This document shows, in pieces, positions 18,307-27,232 of a stretch of DNA of 64,000 bases (positions are counted from its first letter, which is position 1; the number at the start of each line of letters is the position of its first letter). The position numbers and the translations under genes are program-made. Source of the stretch: an uncultured bacterium (GTDB lineage: Bacteria; Verrucomicrobiota; Verrucomicrobiia; Verrucomicrobiales; DEV007); assembly GCA_963977015.1 (NCBI GenBank), contig CAXBMO010000007.1, positions 206,649-270,648 on the forward strand, given 5' to 3'. A model generated the notes under the pieces. The model saw only the letters and a list, made by a program, of their open reading frames with translations, had not been told where the DNA came from and searched no databases.

Positions 18307-18960
18307 ATGACGAAACGCGTCCTGACCCAAGAAATCCTCGATCAACTTGAGCATGATCACCCGGATGCCTTGCGGAGCCGGGCGGACTTGATTCGGATCA
18401 ATGGAATTTTGGGGAACTTTCGTTGGCTGCGCAAAGCCCTGGAAGAACAAGGGGCTGCTGATGGATCCGCACACGTCGTAGAGATTGGCGCTGGTGACGG
18501 CCACTTTATCAGGAAGTTCGCCGCCGCTCACCCCAAGGTGAACTACACCGCGATCGACCTGGCTCCGAAGCCTCCGGAATGGCCCTCGAATTTGAATTGG
18601 AAGCAGGGCGATGCGTTGGATTGCCTTCCCGAAGTTGGAGGCGACATCTTGATCGCAAATCTCTTTCTTCACCATCTGACCGACGCGCAATTGGCAAAAC
18701 TCGGCGAAGGTTTGAGCGGCTATCGCGCCGTCATCTGCAATGAACCGGCTCGCTTCCGAGCCTTTCATGTTTTGGGAAAAGGCGTGCAACTGATCGGGGT
18801 CAATTACGTAACCCGTTTTGACATGCATGCGAGCATCAACGCCGGCTTCCGGCACACCGAACTGCCAACGGCTCTCGGACTGGAGCAAGCCGGTTGGCAC
18901 ATCGAAGCGTTTCATTCCATTTTTGGGATTTACCGAATGCTGGCCACTCAGGAGCGATGA
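18307..18960 (+). CDS. SAM-dependent methyltransferase of the type often linked to type III PKS
   Basis: EILD...DLIRIN, VEIGAGDG, ANLFLHH, TRFDMHASINAGF. Confidence 0.8.
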   Translation: MTKRVLTQEILDQLEHDHPDALRSRADLIRINGILGNFRWLRKALEEQGAADGSAHVVEIGAGDGHFIRKFAAAHPKVNYTAIDLAPKPPEWPSNLNWKQGDALDCLPEVGGDILIANLFLHHLTDAQLAKLGEGLSGYRAVICNEPARFRAFHVLGKGVQLIGVNYVTRFDMHASINAGFRHTELPTALGLEQAGWHIEAFHSIFGIYRMLATQER

Positions 18961-20138
18961 ATCGGTTTTTTGACGTTGTGATTGTGGGGGCCGGTCCCGC
19001 GGGGCTGGCCGCAGCCGCCTGCCTGGGCCGCCACGGCTTGAAAATCGCAATTCTCGATCGCCGCAGCCTCCCGATCGACAAACCTTGCGGCGAAGGGGTC
19101 ATGCCTCCCGGGGTGGCCATTTTGAAGAAATTGGGGGCAACCCCGTTTCTCAACCAATCCGATTTTCACCCGTTTCACGGGATCCGGTATCTCACCCCGA
19201 CCGGCAGGGTGGCGAAAGCTGACTTTGCCGAAGGCCCGGGACTCGGCATTCGCCGAACAAACCTCTCGCAGGCTCTCACGCATCTTCTGGATTCAATGCC
19301 AACCGTTGAGATCCACGAGAACACTCGCGTTCAAGGCATTGAGCAACACGAAAGCGGGGTTTCCATTCAATCGAACCGTGGCGATTTCGAGACACGCCTT
19401 TTGCTGGGAGCCGACGGGCTGCATTCCCGGGTTCGGAAATGGGCTGGGCTCGAAGGGAAAGCATCGCGGCATCGGCGACTCGGAATTCGCCGCCATTTCG
19501 AAGTTGAGCCCTGGAGCCGGTTTGTCGATGTCCACTCCGGTCCCGGCGTTGAGGCTTATGTGACGCCCTGTGGCCCGAATCAAGTCGGCATTGCCTGTCT
19601 ATGGGAGCGTGACACCTATCCGGACGCCGAGCCGGGAAAAGACTTGCTGGACTCGCTTCTGAAAGAGTTTCCTGACATTCAAAGAAAACTTGAGGGAGCC
19701 AAGCCCCTTTCGGAAACGCTTACAACGGGGCCACTGGAACAGAAGACTCGACGGCGCGTTTCCGACTCCATCATCCTCATCGGAGACGCCGCCGGTTACC
19801 TGGATGCCTGCACCGGAGAAGGAATTACTTTGGCACTGAAGCAAGCGCAGCTTCTGGAATCCCACCTCGTTCCGCTTCTCGCCGGTTCGAGGGGGTTGAT
19901 CCGGTCGAACCAGCTTCGCAACTATGAGGCGGCTTGTCGCAGGGTGTTGGCGTCCTACTATCTGGGAACACATTTCCTGTTGCTCCTGAATCGGCAGCCG
20001 CGGTTCATGGAGATCTTTGTTCGCGTATTGAGCCAACGCCCGGCGCTCTTGCAGCATCTTCTCTCCTTCAACATGGGGACGGTTCCACTGTGGCCAAGTC
20101 GGGCCTCTCTTCATCGCATTCTCGAATCCCATGCCTAA
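18957..20138 (+). CDS. NAD(P)/FAD-dependent oxidoreductase (geranylgeranyl reductase/monooxygenase-like)
   Basis: GAGPAG, DKPCGEG, GADGLHS, IGDAAGYLDACTGEGI; ATGA overlap with the methyltransferase. Confidence 0.88.
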   Translation: MNRFFDVVIVGAGPAGLAAAACLGRHGLKIAILDRRSLPIDKPCGEGVMPPGVAILKKLGATPFLNQSDFHPFHGIRYLTPTGRVAKADFAEGPGLGIRRTNLSQALTHLLDSMPTVEIHENTRVQGIEQHESGVSIQSNRGDFETRLLLGADGLHSRVRKWAGLEGKASRHRRLGIRRHFEVEPWSRFVDVHSGPGVEAYVTPCGPNQVGIACLWERDTYPDAEPGKDLLDSLLKEFPDIQRKLEGAKPLSETLTTGPLEQKTRRRVSDSIILIGDAAGYLDACTGEGITLALKQAQLLESHLVPLLAGSRGLIRSNQLRNYEAACRRVLASYYLGTHFLLLLNRQPRFMEIFVRVLSQRPALLQHLLSFNMGTVPLWPSRASLHRILESHA

Positions 20139-20203
20139 CCTTTCCAAAATCGTTGCAGATGTTGATTTTGGCGGAATTGGAGCTGACCCAACAGAACGTT
20201 TCA

Positions 20204-20656
20204 GTGACGCCTGAAGTCCACATTTTCGAGATTCAATACCGCTCTGCCGATTATGACCGGGCGTTGGAATTGCGGGAACGCGTTCTTCGCGCGCCCCTGG
20301 GACTCACATTCTCTAAGAAGCAATTAAAGGCAGAATCCGAAGAATGCCATGTCGTCGCCCAATCAGCCGGTGGCGAGATTCTTGCGAGTGCCAGTATTGT
20401 CTGGAAAGCCCCAACAACCGCCAAGCTCCGCCAGGTTGTGGTCGCCCCGGACTTCCAATCGCAAGGACTAGGAACACGGATCGTTCAATTTGCCGAATCC
20501 ATCGCCCAGCAAAAGGAAAGAACGCTTATTTACTGCCACGCTCGCAAGCCGGTGACCGCGTTTTACACGAAGCTCGGATTTCAGATTGTCGGCTCTCAAT
20601 TTGAGGAAATTGGGATTGACCATTTCCGGATGGAAAAGGGCATCCCTCCACGCTGA
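20204..20656 (+). CDS. GNAT N-acetyltransferase (ElaA/YjcF-like)
   Basis: LRERVLRAPLG, KLRQVVV...QSQGLG, CHAR, FYTKLGF, FEEIGIDH; start uncertain (GTG 20204 or ATG 20159). Confidence 0.85.
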   Translation: MTPEVHIFEIQYRSADYDRALELRERVLRAPLGLTFSKKQLKAESEECHVVAQSAGGEILASASIVWKAPTTAKLRQVVVAPDFQSQGLGTRIVQFAESIAQQKERTLIYCHARKPVTAFYTKLGFQIVGSQFEEIGIDHFRMEKGIPPR

Positions 20657-20657
20657 A

Positions 20658-21116
20658 TCAGTTCCCGTCCTGTTCCGCCGCATACTTCCGAATCGATTTC
20701 TCGATTGCGGCGACCTTTGCCTGATCCTTATCGAGAAGATAGGTGCAGCGCTTCAGTTCCATTTCAGCCCACTTCCAAAGACGCTCCTGAGTGGCATCTT
20801 CAAAACCGCCTTCCACTGGACCGTATTTCTTGTCGAACTGCTCCCAGCGACGTTTGGCGCTTCGCAAACGTTGACTCTTGGCGGCGGCGTAGAAATCCTG
20901 AAAAACCGGGGACTGCGAACCTCCGTTATCCCTGGGGATCAGAGTTGACGGATACAACTCGGCCCACATGGATTTGTAGGCGATTGGAGGAAGCCGAAAA
21001 TTGCCCAGATCGTCCTGTGCCTTCACCGAAGTCAGGCAAAACGCCAAGGCAAGAAACAGGAAACCGCTTAATCGGACGATTGGGAACAGGGGAGCTTTGA
21101 CTGGGGGCGCGTTCAT
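20658..21116 (-). CDS. Secreted hypothetical protein, paralog of 21201-21692
   Basis: Signal-like FLFLALAFCLTSVKA; shares AYxSxWAE, DFYAAA, RW..F..KY, ED.T and W...EL.RC with its neighbour. Confidence 0.75.
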   Translation of the reverse strand: MNAPPVKAPLFPIVRLSGFLFLALAFCLTSVKAQDDLGNFRLPPIAYKSMWAELYPSTLIPRDNGGSQSPVFQDFYAAAKSQRLRSAKRRWEQFDKKYGPVEGGFEDATQERLWKWAEMELKRCTYLLDKDQAKVAAIEKSIRKYAAEQDGN

Positions 21117-21200
21117 AAATGGACAGGGGGTTGTGTCGTCATTGGACATCCGGACCGCTCGAAAACTTCAGATCAAGACAGCCCCGGTCCAACCAGAAGC

Positions 21201-21692
21201 CTACTTGGCTCCCAGCTTTTTGGCGATGGCTTGGATCTTCCGCTCGATACTGGATAGATTCCGTCCCTGTCCCTCGGAAAGCGACTGGCAGCGCTCCAGC
21301 TCGGCCTGACTCCAGCTGCAAAGTTGGGCAGCCGTCCCATCCTCATATTCGCCTCCCGGAAGAACGTATTTCCGCAGGAAACCTTTCCATCGCAACTCCG
21401 CGAGCTGGAGATTCGAGCTTTCAGCGGCGGCATAGAAGTCGGACAAAATGCGACTCTGCGAACGCATCCCAATCAGACTGTTTGCCCGGGGAGAGTTCTT
21501 GGCGAGCGTTTCCGGAAACATTTCAGCCCAAGCCGATTGATAAGCATTTCCCGTTTGAATTCGAACTGAGGAGGTTTCCCCGTCACGAACACTAACCGTT
21601 GTTTTAGGATCGGATGCTTGCGCCAGGTTGCTGCCTGCAATCAAGCAACCAACCAAGCCGATTCCGATACACGAAAGGCGAAGATATTTCAT
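21201..21692 (-). CDS. Secreted hypothetical protein, paralog of 20658-21116
   Basis: Signal-like MKYLRLSCIGIGLVGCLIAGSNLAQA; same shared motifs; starts 4 nt after the amidase stop. Confidence 0.75.
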   Translation of the reverse strand: MKYLRLSCIGIGLVGCLIAGSNLAQASDPKTTVSVRDGETSSVRIQTGNAYQSAWAEMFPETLAKNSPRANSLIGMRSQSRILSDFYAAAESSNLQLAELRWKGFLRKYVLPGGEYEDGTAAQLCSWSQAELERCQSLSEGQGRNLSSIERKIQAIAKKLGAK

Positions 21693-21696
21693 AGGA

Positions 21697-22482
21697 CTAA
21701 GAATTGGCATCGATATCCGCGATGATTCCCTCAGCAATTGCTTCGGCAACGTCGCGCTTCACTTGGGCGGGATTGGGAGCGATGTTTAAAACCCGGTCTA
21801 CGGTTTGAACATCAATGAATTCGATTTCAAGCAGGCAGGCCCGGTTTCTGGATTGGCTCGCTGAATTTCCAAGTGAAAGATCGTTGAGAACGGCGAGACG
21901 AGTCTCCTTCAATCCACGATCCTTCGCATTTGCGTCATGACTCTTCAGTGCACTGAAGACGCGACTCTGAATTCGCTGCGCGAGTCCCCGATCCTTGGTC
22001 AAGTTCACATTACCGCCATCACCGCCGGGACGAACATGAGTTTCAACCCCGCGGGCGGAGGCGTTGAACGCATTGAAATGGAGACTGACAAAAACCACGG
22101 CTCCGGTATCGCGAGCTCGGTTGGCGCGAGCGGACAGCCCCACGTTGACGTCGGAAGTCCGTGTCATCACCACATTCAGGTCGGGCGATAAAGCATTCAA
22201 CTTGTCCCTCACCAGTTGCCCAAGTTCCAAGGTGAGGTGCTTTTCCAGTTTGCCGGAGTAACTCGTCGCATTATTGGGCGAGGAACCGCCGACTCTCGTG
22301 CTTCCGCCATGCCCGGGATCAATGACAACCGTCACCCCGGACGAAGTTGGTGGATCTGGCGTCGGCGTAGAGGGCGGAGTGGGAGTGGTTGGAGGCGTTA
22401 CCGTTTCGCATCCGGTCCAGAGGGCCAGCAAGGCGAACACAACGAGAAGGCAGCAACGTCGAATCCCGGCTTTAGACATCAT
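21697..22482 (-). CDS. N-acetylmuramoyl-L-alanine amidase (Amidase_3) lipoprotein
   Basis: Lipobox WTGC, Pro/Thr linker, IDPGHGG, LEKHLTL, SLHFNA, LLEIEFI. Confidence 0.9.
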   Translation of the reverse strand: MMSKAGIRRCCLLVVFALLALWTGCETVTPPTTPTPPSTPTPDPPTSSGVTVVIDPGHGGSTRVGGSSPNNATSYSGKLEKHLTLELGQLVRDKLNALSPDLNVVMTRTSDVNVGLSARANRARDTGAVVFVSLHFNAFNASARGVETHVRPGGDGGNVNLTKDRGLAQRIQSRVFSALKSHDANAKDRGLKETRLAVLNDLSLGNSASQSRNRACLLEIEFIDVQTVDRVLNIAPNPAQVKRDVAEAIAEGIIADIDANS

Positions 22483-22625
22483 AATTGGAATCACTTCAAC
22501 GGAAGAGCTTGGTCAGGTCAACTCAAAAAAAGCCGCATTCCTGTCTTAGCCAGAAACGCAAGAATTGTGGGTTGGAAGGGGATTTTGGGCTTGTCTCTCG
22601 CCTCGCATTGCGTTGGATGGAGTCC

Positions 22626-24065
22626 ATGAAGATCCCATTCCCTGTTTTTTGGTTCGCAGCGCTTGCGAGCCTTACCTGTGCCACGGCGCAGGAACGCCCT
22701 CCCAACATTGTCGTCATGTTCACGGACGATCAGGGCTATGGAGACGTGGGATGCTACGGAGCCAAGGACTTCAAAACGCCGCATCTCGACCAAATGGCGG
22801 CGGAGGGAGTTCGCTTTACCGACTTCTATGTTTCCAGCCCGGTTTGCTCAGCTTCCAGAGCCGCCCTCCTGACGGGATGCTATCACGAACGGGTCGGAAT
22901 TTCAGGGGCCCTTGGGCCGGCAAGCAAAACCGGGCTTGCACCGGAGGAAGAGACGCTTGCCGAGATCTGCAAACAGCGCGGATACGCCACTGCGGCGATT
23001 GGGAAGTGGCACCTGGGACGCCCGTCCCAGTTTCTGCCAACCAACCAGGGATTCGACGAGTATTTCGGTCTTCCCTACTCCAACGACATGTGGCCCTTTC
23101 ATCCGAACGTTCTCCACCTGCCGATGAAGGAACGCATCAAGCGATGGCCCCATCTTCCGTTGATTGAAGGAACTGAGGTCATTGTGGACGAAGTTACGCC
23201 GGAAACACAACGCTCGCTATCCACCTGGTATGCTGACAAGGCCGTCAATTTTATCGAAAGGAACAAGAAGAAGCCCTTTTTCCTCTATGTGGCCCACTCT
23301 CAGCCGCACGTTCCTCTTTATGTTTCCGACCAATTCGAGGGCAGCAGCGAGAATGGCCTGTTCGGGGATGTCATCCAGGAAATCGATGACACCATGGGCC
23401 GGATTCTGGCGAAATTGGAAGAAATTGGACAAGCTGAGAACACCCTCGTGATTTTCACTTGTGACAACGGTCCCTGGTTGAGTTACGGCACGCATTGCGG
23501 TACGGCAGGTCCGCTTCGAGAAGGCAAGGGCACGTGCTGGGATGGCGGGATTCGCGTCCCCTTTATTGCACGCTGGCCCGGCAGGATTCCAGCTGGAAAC
23601 ACCTGTTCCGAACCAGCTGCCACCATTGACATTTTGCCAACAGTTGCAAATCTCATTGGTGCAAAGCAGCCCAAACGGCCGATCGACGGAAAAGACATTT
23701 GGCCCCTTCTCTCCTCCGCGGAAGGGGCGAAATCACCGCACGACGCACTGTTTTTTTACTACAAAAGGACCGAACTCCAGGCGGTTCGAAGCGGAAAATG
23801 GAAGCTGATACTGCCGCACAAATACCGGTCCCTGAATGGCCGCAAAGGCCGAAATGACGGCATTCCCGTTCCCTACGACAACAACGATGCGGAACTGGGC
23901 CTCTATGACCTCTCGAACGACATTGGCGAACAGAAGAATCTGGCAGCCCAAAATCCTGAAGTCGTTGCCGAACTGATGAAAAAAGTAGAGTCCATGCGCA
24001 ACGATTTGGGTGATACGCTAACCAAAACCCAAGGCAATGGACGGAGAAAACCCGGTACAAGCTGA
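22626..24065 (+). CDS. Arylsulfatase-family sulfatase
   Basis: PNIV..TDDQGYGD, CSASRAALLTG (CxAxR formylglycine motif), GKWHLG, DNGPW, LYDL. Confidence 0.93.
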   Translation: MKIPFPVFWFAALASLTCATAQERPPNIVVMFTDDQGYGDVGCYGAKDFKTPHLDQMAAEGVRFTDFYVSSPVCSASRAALLTGCYHERVGISGALGPASKTGLAPEEETLAEICKQRGYATAAIGKWHLGRPSQFLPTNQGFDEYFGLPYSNDMWPFHPNVLHLPMKERIKRWPHLPLIEGTEVIVDEVTPETQRSLSTWYADKAVNFIERNKKKPFFLYVAHSQPHVPLYVSDQFEGSSENGLFGDVIQEIDDTMGRILAKLEEIGQAENTLVIFTCDNGPWLSYGTHCGTAGPLREGKGTCWDGGIRVPFIARWPGRIPAGNTCSEPAATIDILPTVANLIGAKQPKRPIDGKDIWPLLSSAEGAKSPHDALFFYYKRTELQAVRSGKWKLILPHKYRSLNGRKGRNDGIPVPYDNNDAELGLYDLSNDIGEQKNLAAQNPEVVAELMKKVESMRNDLGDTLTKTQGNGRRKPGTS

Positions 24066-24142
24066 GTTTTCTTGCTCTTATCCTTTATTTTGCCACTTGG
24101 ATCGTGTTGCATTTCGGTCCTGCTGAGAGCACTTTCAACGTT

Positions 24143-24613
24143 ATGTGGGAAATCACCGACCAACAACTCTCCGATCACTCGGAATGGCTTAAGTCCAACG
24201 GACAAAGCGGAAGCAGAATGGACAAAACGGGACGCGACCTTTCGAATTCGGCACACCCCGGAGCGAAAATGGATCAAGGGAAATTTATCGGAGCTCGGTT
24301 TAACAACGCCAACCTGGAAGGGGCTTCCTTCGCCGAGGCCGATTTCAGTGGAGCTCGCCTGGAGAAAGCAAACCTCAAGGGAGTCAACTTTCGCGGAGCC
24401 GATCTCGGCGGGGTAACTTTGGATGGGGCGGATTTAACCGGTGCCGATTTGACCAATGCGGATTGCTCCGGCGCGACGTTTCGGAATGCCAATATGACCA
24501 ATACCATTTGCACCAACATCGATTTTGTCGCAGCAGACCTGACCGGTGCCAAGCAGGATGGCATGAAGATTTCCGGAGAAGCCCGCCTACGGGACGCGCA
24601 GGGATTGAAGTAA
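24143..24613 (+). CDS. Pentapeptide repeat protein
   Basis: Continuous A(D/N)(L/F)xx repeats: ARFNN ANLEG ASFAE ADFSG ARLEK ANLKG. Confidence 0.9.
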   Translation: MWEITDQQLSDHSEWLKSNGQSGSRMDKTGRDLSNSAHPGAKMDQGKFIGARFNNANLEGASFAEADFSGARLEKANLKGVNFRGADLGGVTLDGADLTGADLTNADCSGATFRNANMTNTICTNIDFVAADLTGAKQDGMKISGEARLRDAQGLK

Positions 24614-24626
24614 ATCGGGCTACCGG

Positions 24627-25598
24627 TTATTGCTCAAGCACGTATTGGAAAATGAGGGGAGCCACGATAGTGGCATCGGACTCAATCATGTAGCTTGGCG
24701 TATCGCCAGACAGCTTATCCCAAGTGATTTTCTCGTTGGGAACGGCCCCCGAATAGGAGCCGTAGCTGGTTGTAGAATCGCTGATCTGGCAAAAATAGGC
24801 CCAATGGGGAACCTCGGTTTTTTCCAGGTCCACCCGCAACATCGGCACCACACAGATGGGGAAATCCCCCGCAATGCCCCCGGCAATCTGGAAAAATCCC
24901 ACGCTTGAAGTGCTGGTCGTGTCCTCATACCAGGCAGCCAACTCCGTCATGTATTCGATGCCCATTCGCATTCCCACCGGACTAAGGTGATTCCGCATAC
25001 AATGGGAAGCATACATGTTGCCAAGGGTGCAATCTTCCCACCCTGGAACAAACATGGGAAGGTTCTTCTCCGCGGCGGCAACCATCCAGCTGTCTTTCGG
25101 ATCAATCTGAGAATGAGGTTCAAGTTTTCCTGACCGAATCAGCTCAAAGAGATGTTGATGAGGGAAAAGGCGGTCGCCCCGTTTCTCGGTCTGCGTCCAC
25201 TGCTCGAGCACCAGGTCATGAAGAACGGCCATTGCCTGTTCTTCCGGGATGCAGGTGTCAGTCACGCGGCAAAGCTTGGCCTCATGAATTGCCACCTCGT
25301 CGTCAGTCGTGAGATAGCGGTAGTTCGGCACTCGTCGATAATGATCGTGGGCAATGAGATTGTAGACATCCTCCTCGAGATTGGCTCCGGTGCAGCAAAT
25401 CGCATGCACCTTGTCTTGCCGGATCATTTCTGCCAAAGAAAGCCCCAGTTCGGCCGTACTCATGGCGCCCCCCATCGTAAAAAACATTTTCCCTCCATCA
25501 TCCAACAATTTCACATAGCCTTCAGCGGCATCCTTCAACGAGGCACTATTGAAATGGCGATAATGATGGCGAATGAAAGTTGAAATGGGTTGGGACAT
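24627..25598 (-). CDS. Deoxyhypusine synthase-like protein (bacterial; polyamine biosynthesis)
   Basis: GGAMSTAELG, CTGANLEED, RVTDTCIPEE, GGIAGDFPICVVP, DSTTSYGSYSGAVPNEKITWDK, ESDATIVAP. Confidence 0.92.
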   Translation of the reverse strand: MSQPISTFIRHHYRHFNSASLKDAAEGYVKLLDDGGKMFFTMGGAMSTAELGLSLAEMIRQDKVHAICCTGANLEEDVYNLIAHDHYRRVPNYRYLTTDDEVAIHEAKLCRVTDTCIPEEQAMAVLHDLVLEQWTQTEKRGDRLFPHQHLFELIRSGKLEPHSQIDPKDSWMVAAAEKNLPMFVPGWEDCTLGNMYASHCMRNHLSPVGMRMGIEYMTELAAWYEDTTSTSSVGFFQIAGGIAGDFPICVVPMLRVDLEKTEVPHWAYFCQISDSTTSYGSYSGAVPNEKITWDKLSGDTPSYMIESDATIVAPLIFQYVLEQ

Positions 25599-25733
25599 AA
25601 CTTGGGCTGAATTGGACTTTTATTAACCGGATTCAATGCTTTAGGGTCGCGAAAATGCAACGTTTTCAGCACCCTAACTTGGTGGCTACAATCCAACCGT
25701 GGCAATAGCTTTTCCCGACAAATTCATTCATCC

Positions 25734-26516
25734 ATGCCAAAATCCAGCGACGCAATCCGCAAGGCGAACCTAGACGGAAACTTGGGTTTGATCATTTACT
25801 CCATTCCAAATTTTCCGGACCCGGAAACCTATCTGGCAGTGCTCAACGAATTGGAATCCAATTCGTTCGTCAGCGTCTTGGAAACCACGTTTCCGGTCGC
25901 CGACCGATATTCCGAGTACGCGAATGAGACCATTCAGAATGCTCACCATACCGCCATCCAATATGAATCCGGTTTGGGTTCGATTGACCATCTCCAGACG
26001 ATTTCAAAGCCCAAGATTTGTGTGCTCTACCGCGCAACTTATGAGGACGAAGGATTCACCAAAATTCTGGACTATTCCCAAGGAAACCTCGATGGAATCC
26101 TGTTCGAATGGGAGGTTGAAAGCGACTCGGATTTCGTCAGCCTGGGCCAACAGCGCAATATCGAGGTAATCCATTGTGCCGGAAGTTATCTGACCGAAGC
26201 CGAAGTGGATGATCTGGCCAAAAAACTGCCCCAGAACCCGCTTATTTACTTTGAAGCCGCCTCGATGACCGGAGCTGAATTGTCTGATATCGACGAAATG
26301 AAACAGTTTGCCAAACTCCTAAAATCAAAGCGTCCTGACTTCTGCCTCGCCGCTGGTTTTGGCGTAAAAACTCCAGAAGACGTCGCCCTGTTGGCAGGTA
26401 TTGAGGAGATGGACGCCGTCATTGTAGGAACCGCGTTTCTCCAGGCGATCGAGAAGGGAACTGCTTCAGCGATCGATTACGTGGATAGCATCACCCGCTC
26501 TTTGACACGCTCATGA
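25734..26516 (+). CDS. Divergent tryptophan synthase alpha-like TIM-barrel protein
   Basis: Overall TrpA layout (Y..PNFPD, VLE..FP, TIQNAH, MTG, GFGVKTPEDV, DAVIVGTAF) but lacks the canonical DP.ADGP motif. Confidence 0.7.
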   Translation: MPKSSDAIRKANLDGNLGLIIYSIPNFPDPETYLAVLNELESNSFVSVLETTFPVADRYSEYANETIQNAHHTAIQYESGLGSIDHLQTISKPKICVLYRATYEDEGFTKILDYSQGNLDGILFEWEVESDSDFVSLGQQRNIEVIHCAGSYLTEAEVDDLAKKLPQNPLIYFEAASMTGAELSDIDEMKQFAKLLKSKRPDFCLAAGFGVKTPEDVALLAGIEEMDAVIVGTAFLQAIEKGTASAIDYVDSITRSLTRS

Positions 26517-27232
26517 ATCCATACGCCGATCTTCACTGGGACTGCGAAAAGCCGCAGACTCGAATCAAGCTCTGCGAATTCGAGAACCTGGACTCTGCTT
26601 ACGAGGCATCGTTTCTCGGCTGCGAATTTCTCGGATTTCACCTGTTCAGCGACCAGGACATTCCGGTCAAAACTGCCAAATTTGAGGAAATTTTCGAGGA
26701 ACTCCCCCCTTACGTCGAGAAAACGCTGCTAACGGATCTCGAAATCGGCAAGCTCCTCCCGATCCTGAAAAGGCTGAAACCGGAAGCGGTTCAGTACTAC
26801 GACGATACACCGACCGAACATCTGGAGGCGATTCGAGACCAATTTCCAGCGATCCGGATCCTCAAGGTCATGTCCGACAAATCGGAGGAAAATGATCCTT
26901 CGGATGACGACGCGTTTCTTGAGCGGTATCTGCCGTGGTGCGATGCCATCCTCCTGGACAGCATCCGGGATGGTGGAAGCGGAAAGACCGGCGATTGGGC
27001 GCACTGTGCAGAAATCGTCAAAAAGTCCCCCAAACCAGTGTTCCTCGCCGGGGGACTCAATCCCTACAATGTGAAGGAAGCGATCCAACAGGTCAGGCCA
27101 TTCGGAGTTGATGTCGAAAACGGAGTCAGCAACCGAATCCCATCGGGAATCAGGCTCAAGAACCTCCAGAAATGCCGCCTCTTTATCGAAGCCGTTCGGG
27201 AAGCAGATTGGCGCCTCGGTCGCGTCCTATGA
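26513..27232 (+). CDS. Phosphoribosylanthranilate isomerase (TrpF)-like protein, divergent
   Basis: RIKLC, FLGF, ILLDS, GGSGKTGDW, VFLAGGLNPYNVKEAI..VRPFGVDVENGV; ATGA overlap with the TrpA-like gene. Confidence 0.8.
   Translation: MNPYADLHWDCEKPQTRIKLCEFENLDSAYEASFLGCEFLGFHLFSDQDIPVKTAKFEEIFEELPPYVEKTLLTDLEIGKLLPILKRLKPEAVQYYDDTPTEHLEAIRDQFPAIRILKVMSDKSEENDPSDDDAFLERYLPWCDAILLDSIRDGGSGKTGDWAHCAEIVKKSPKPVFLAGGLNPYNVKEAIQQVRPFGVDVENGVSNRIPSGIRLKNLQKCRLFIEAVREADWRLGRVL

Noticed and set aside
24143-24613. Pentapeptide protein as a Qnr/MfpA gyrase protector
   Set aside because: About 25 kb from gyrA and no Qnr-specific features seen; generic pentapeptide proteins are common.
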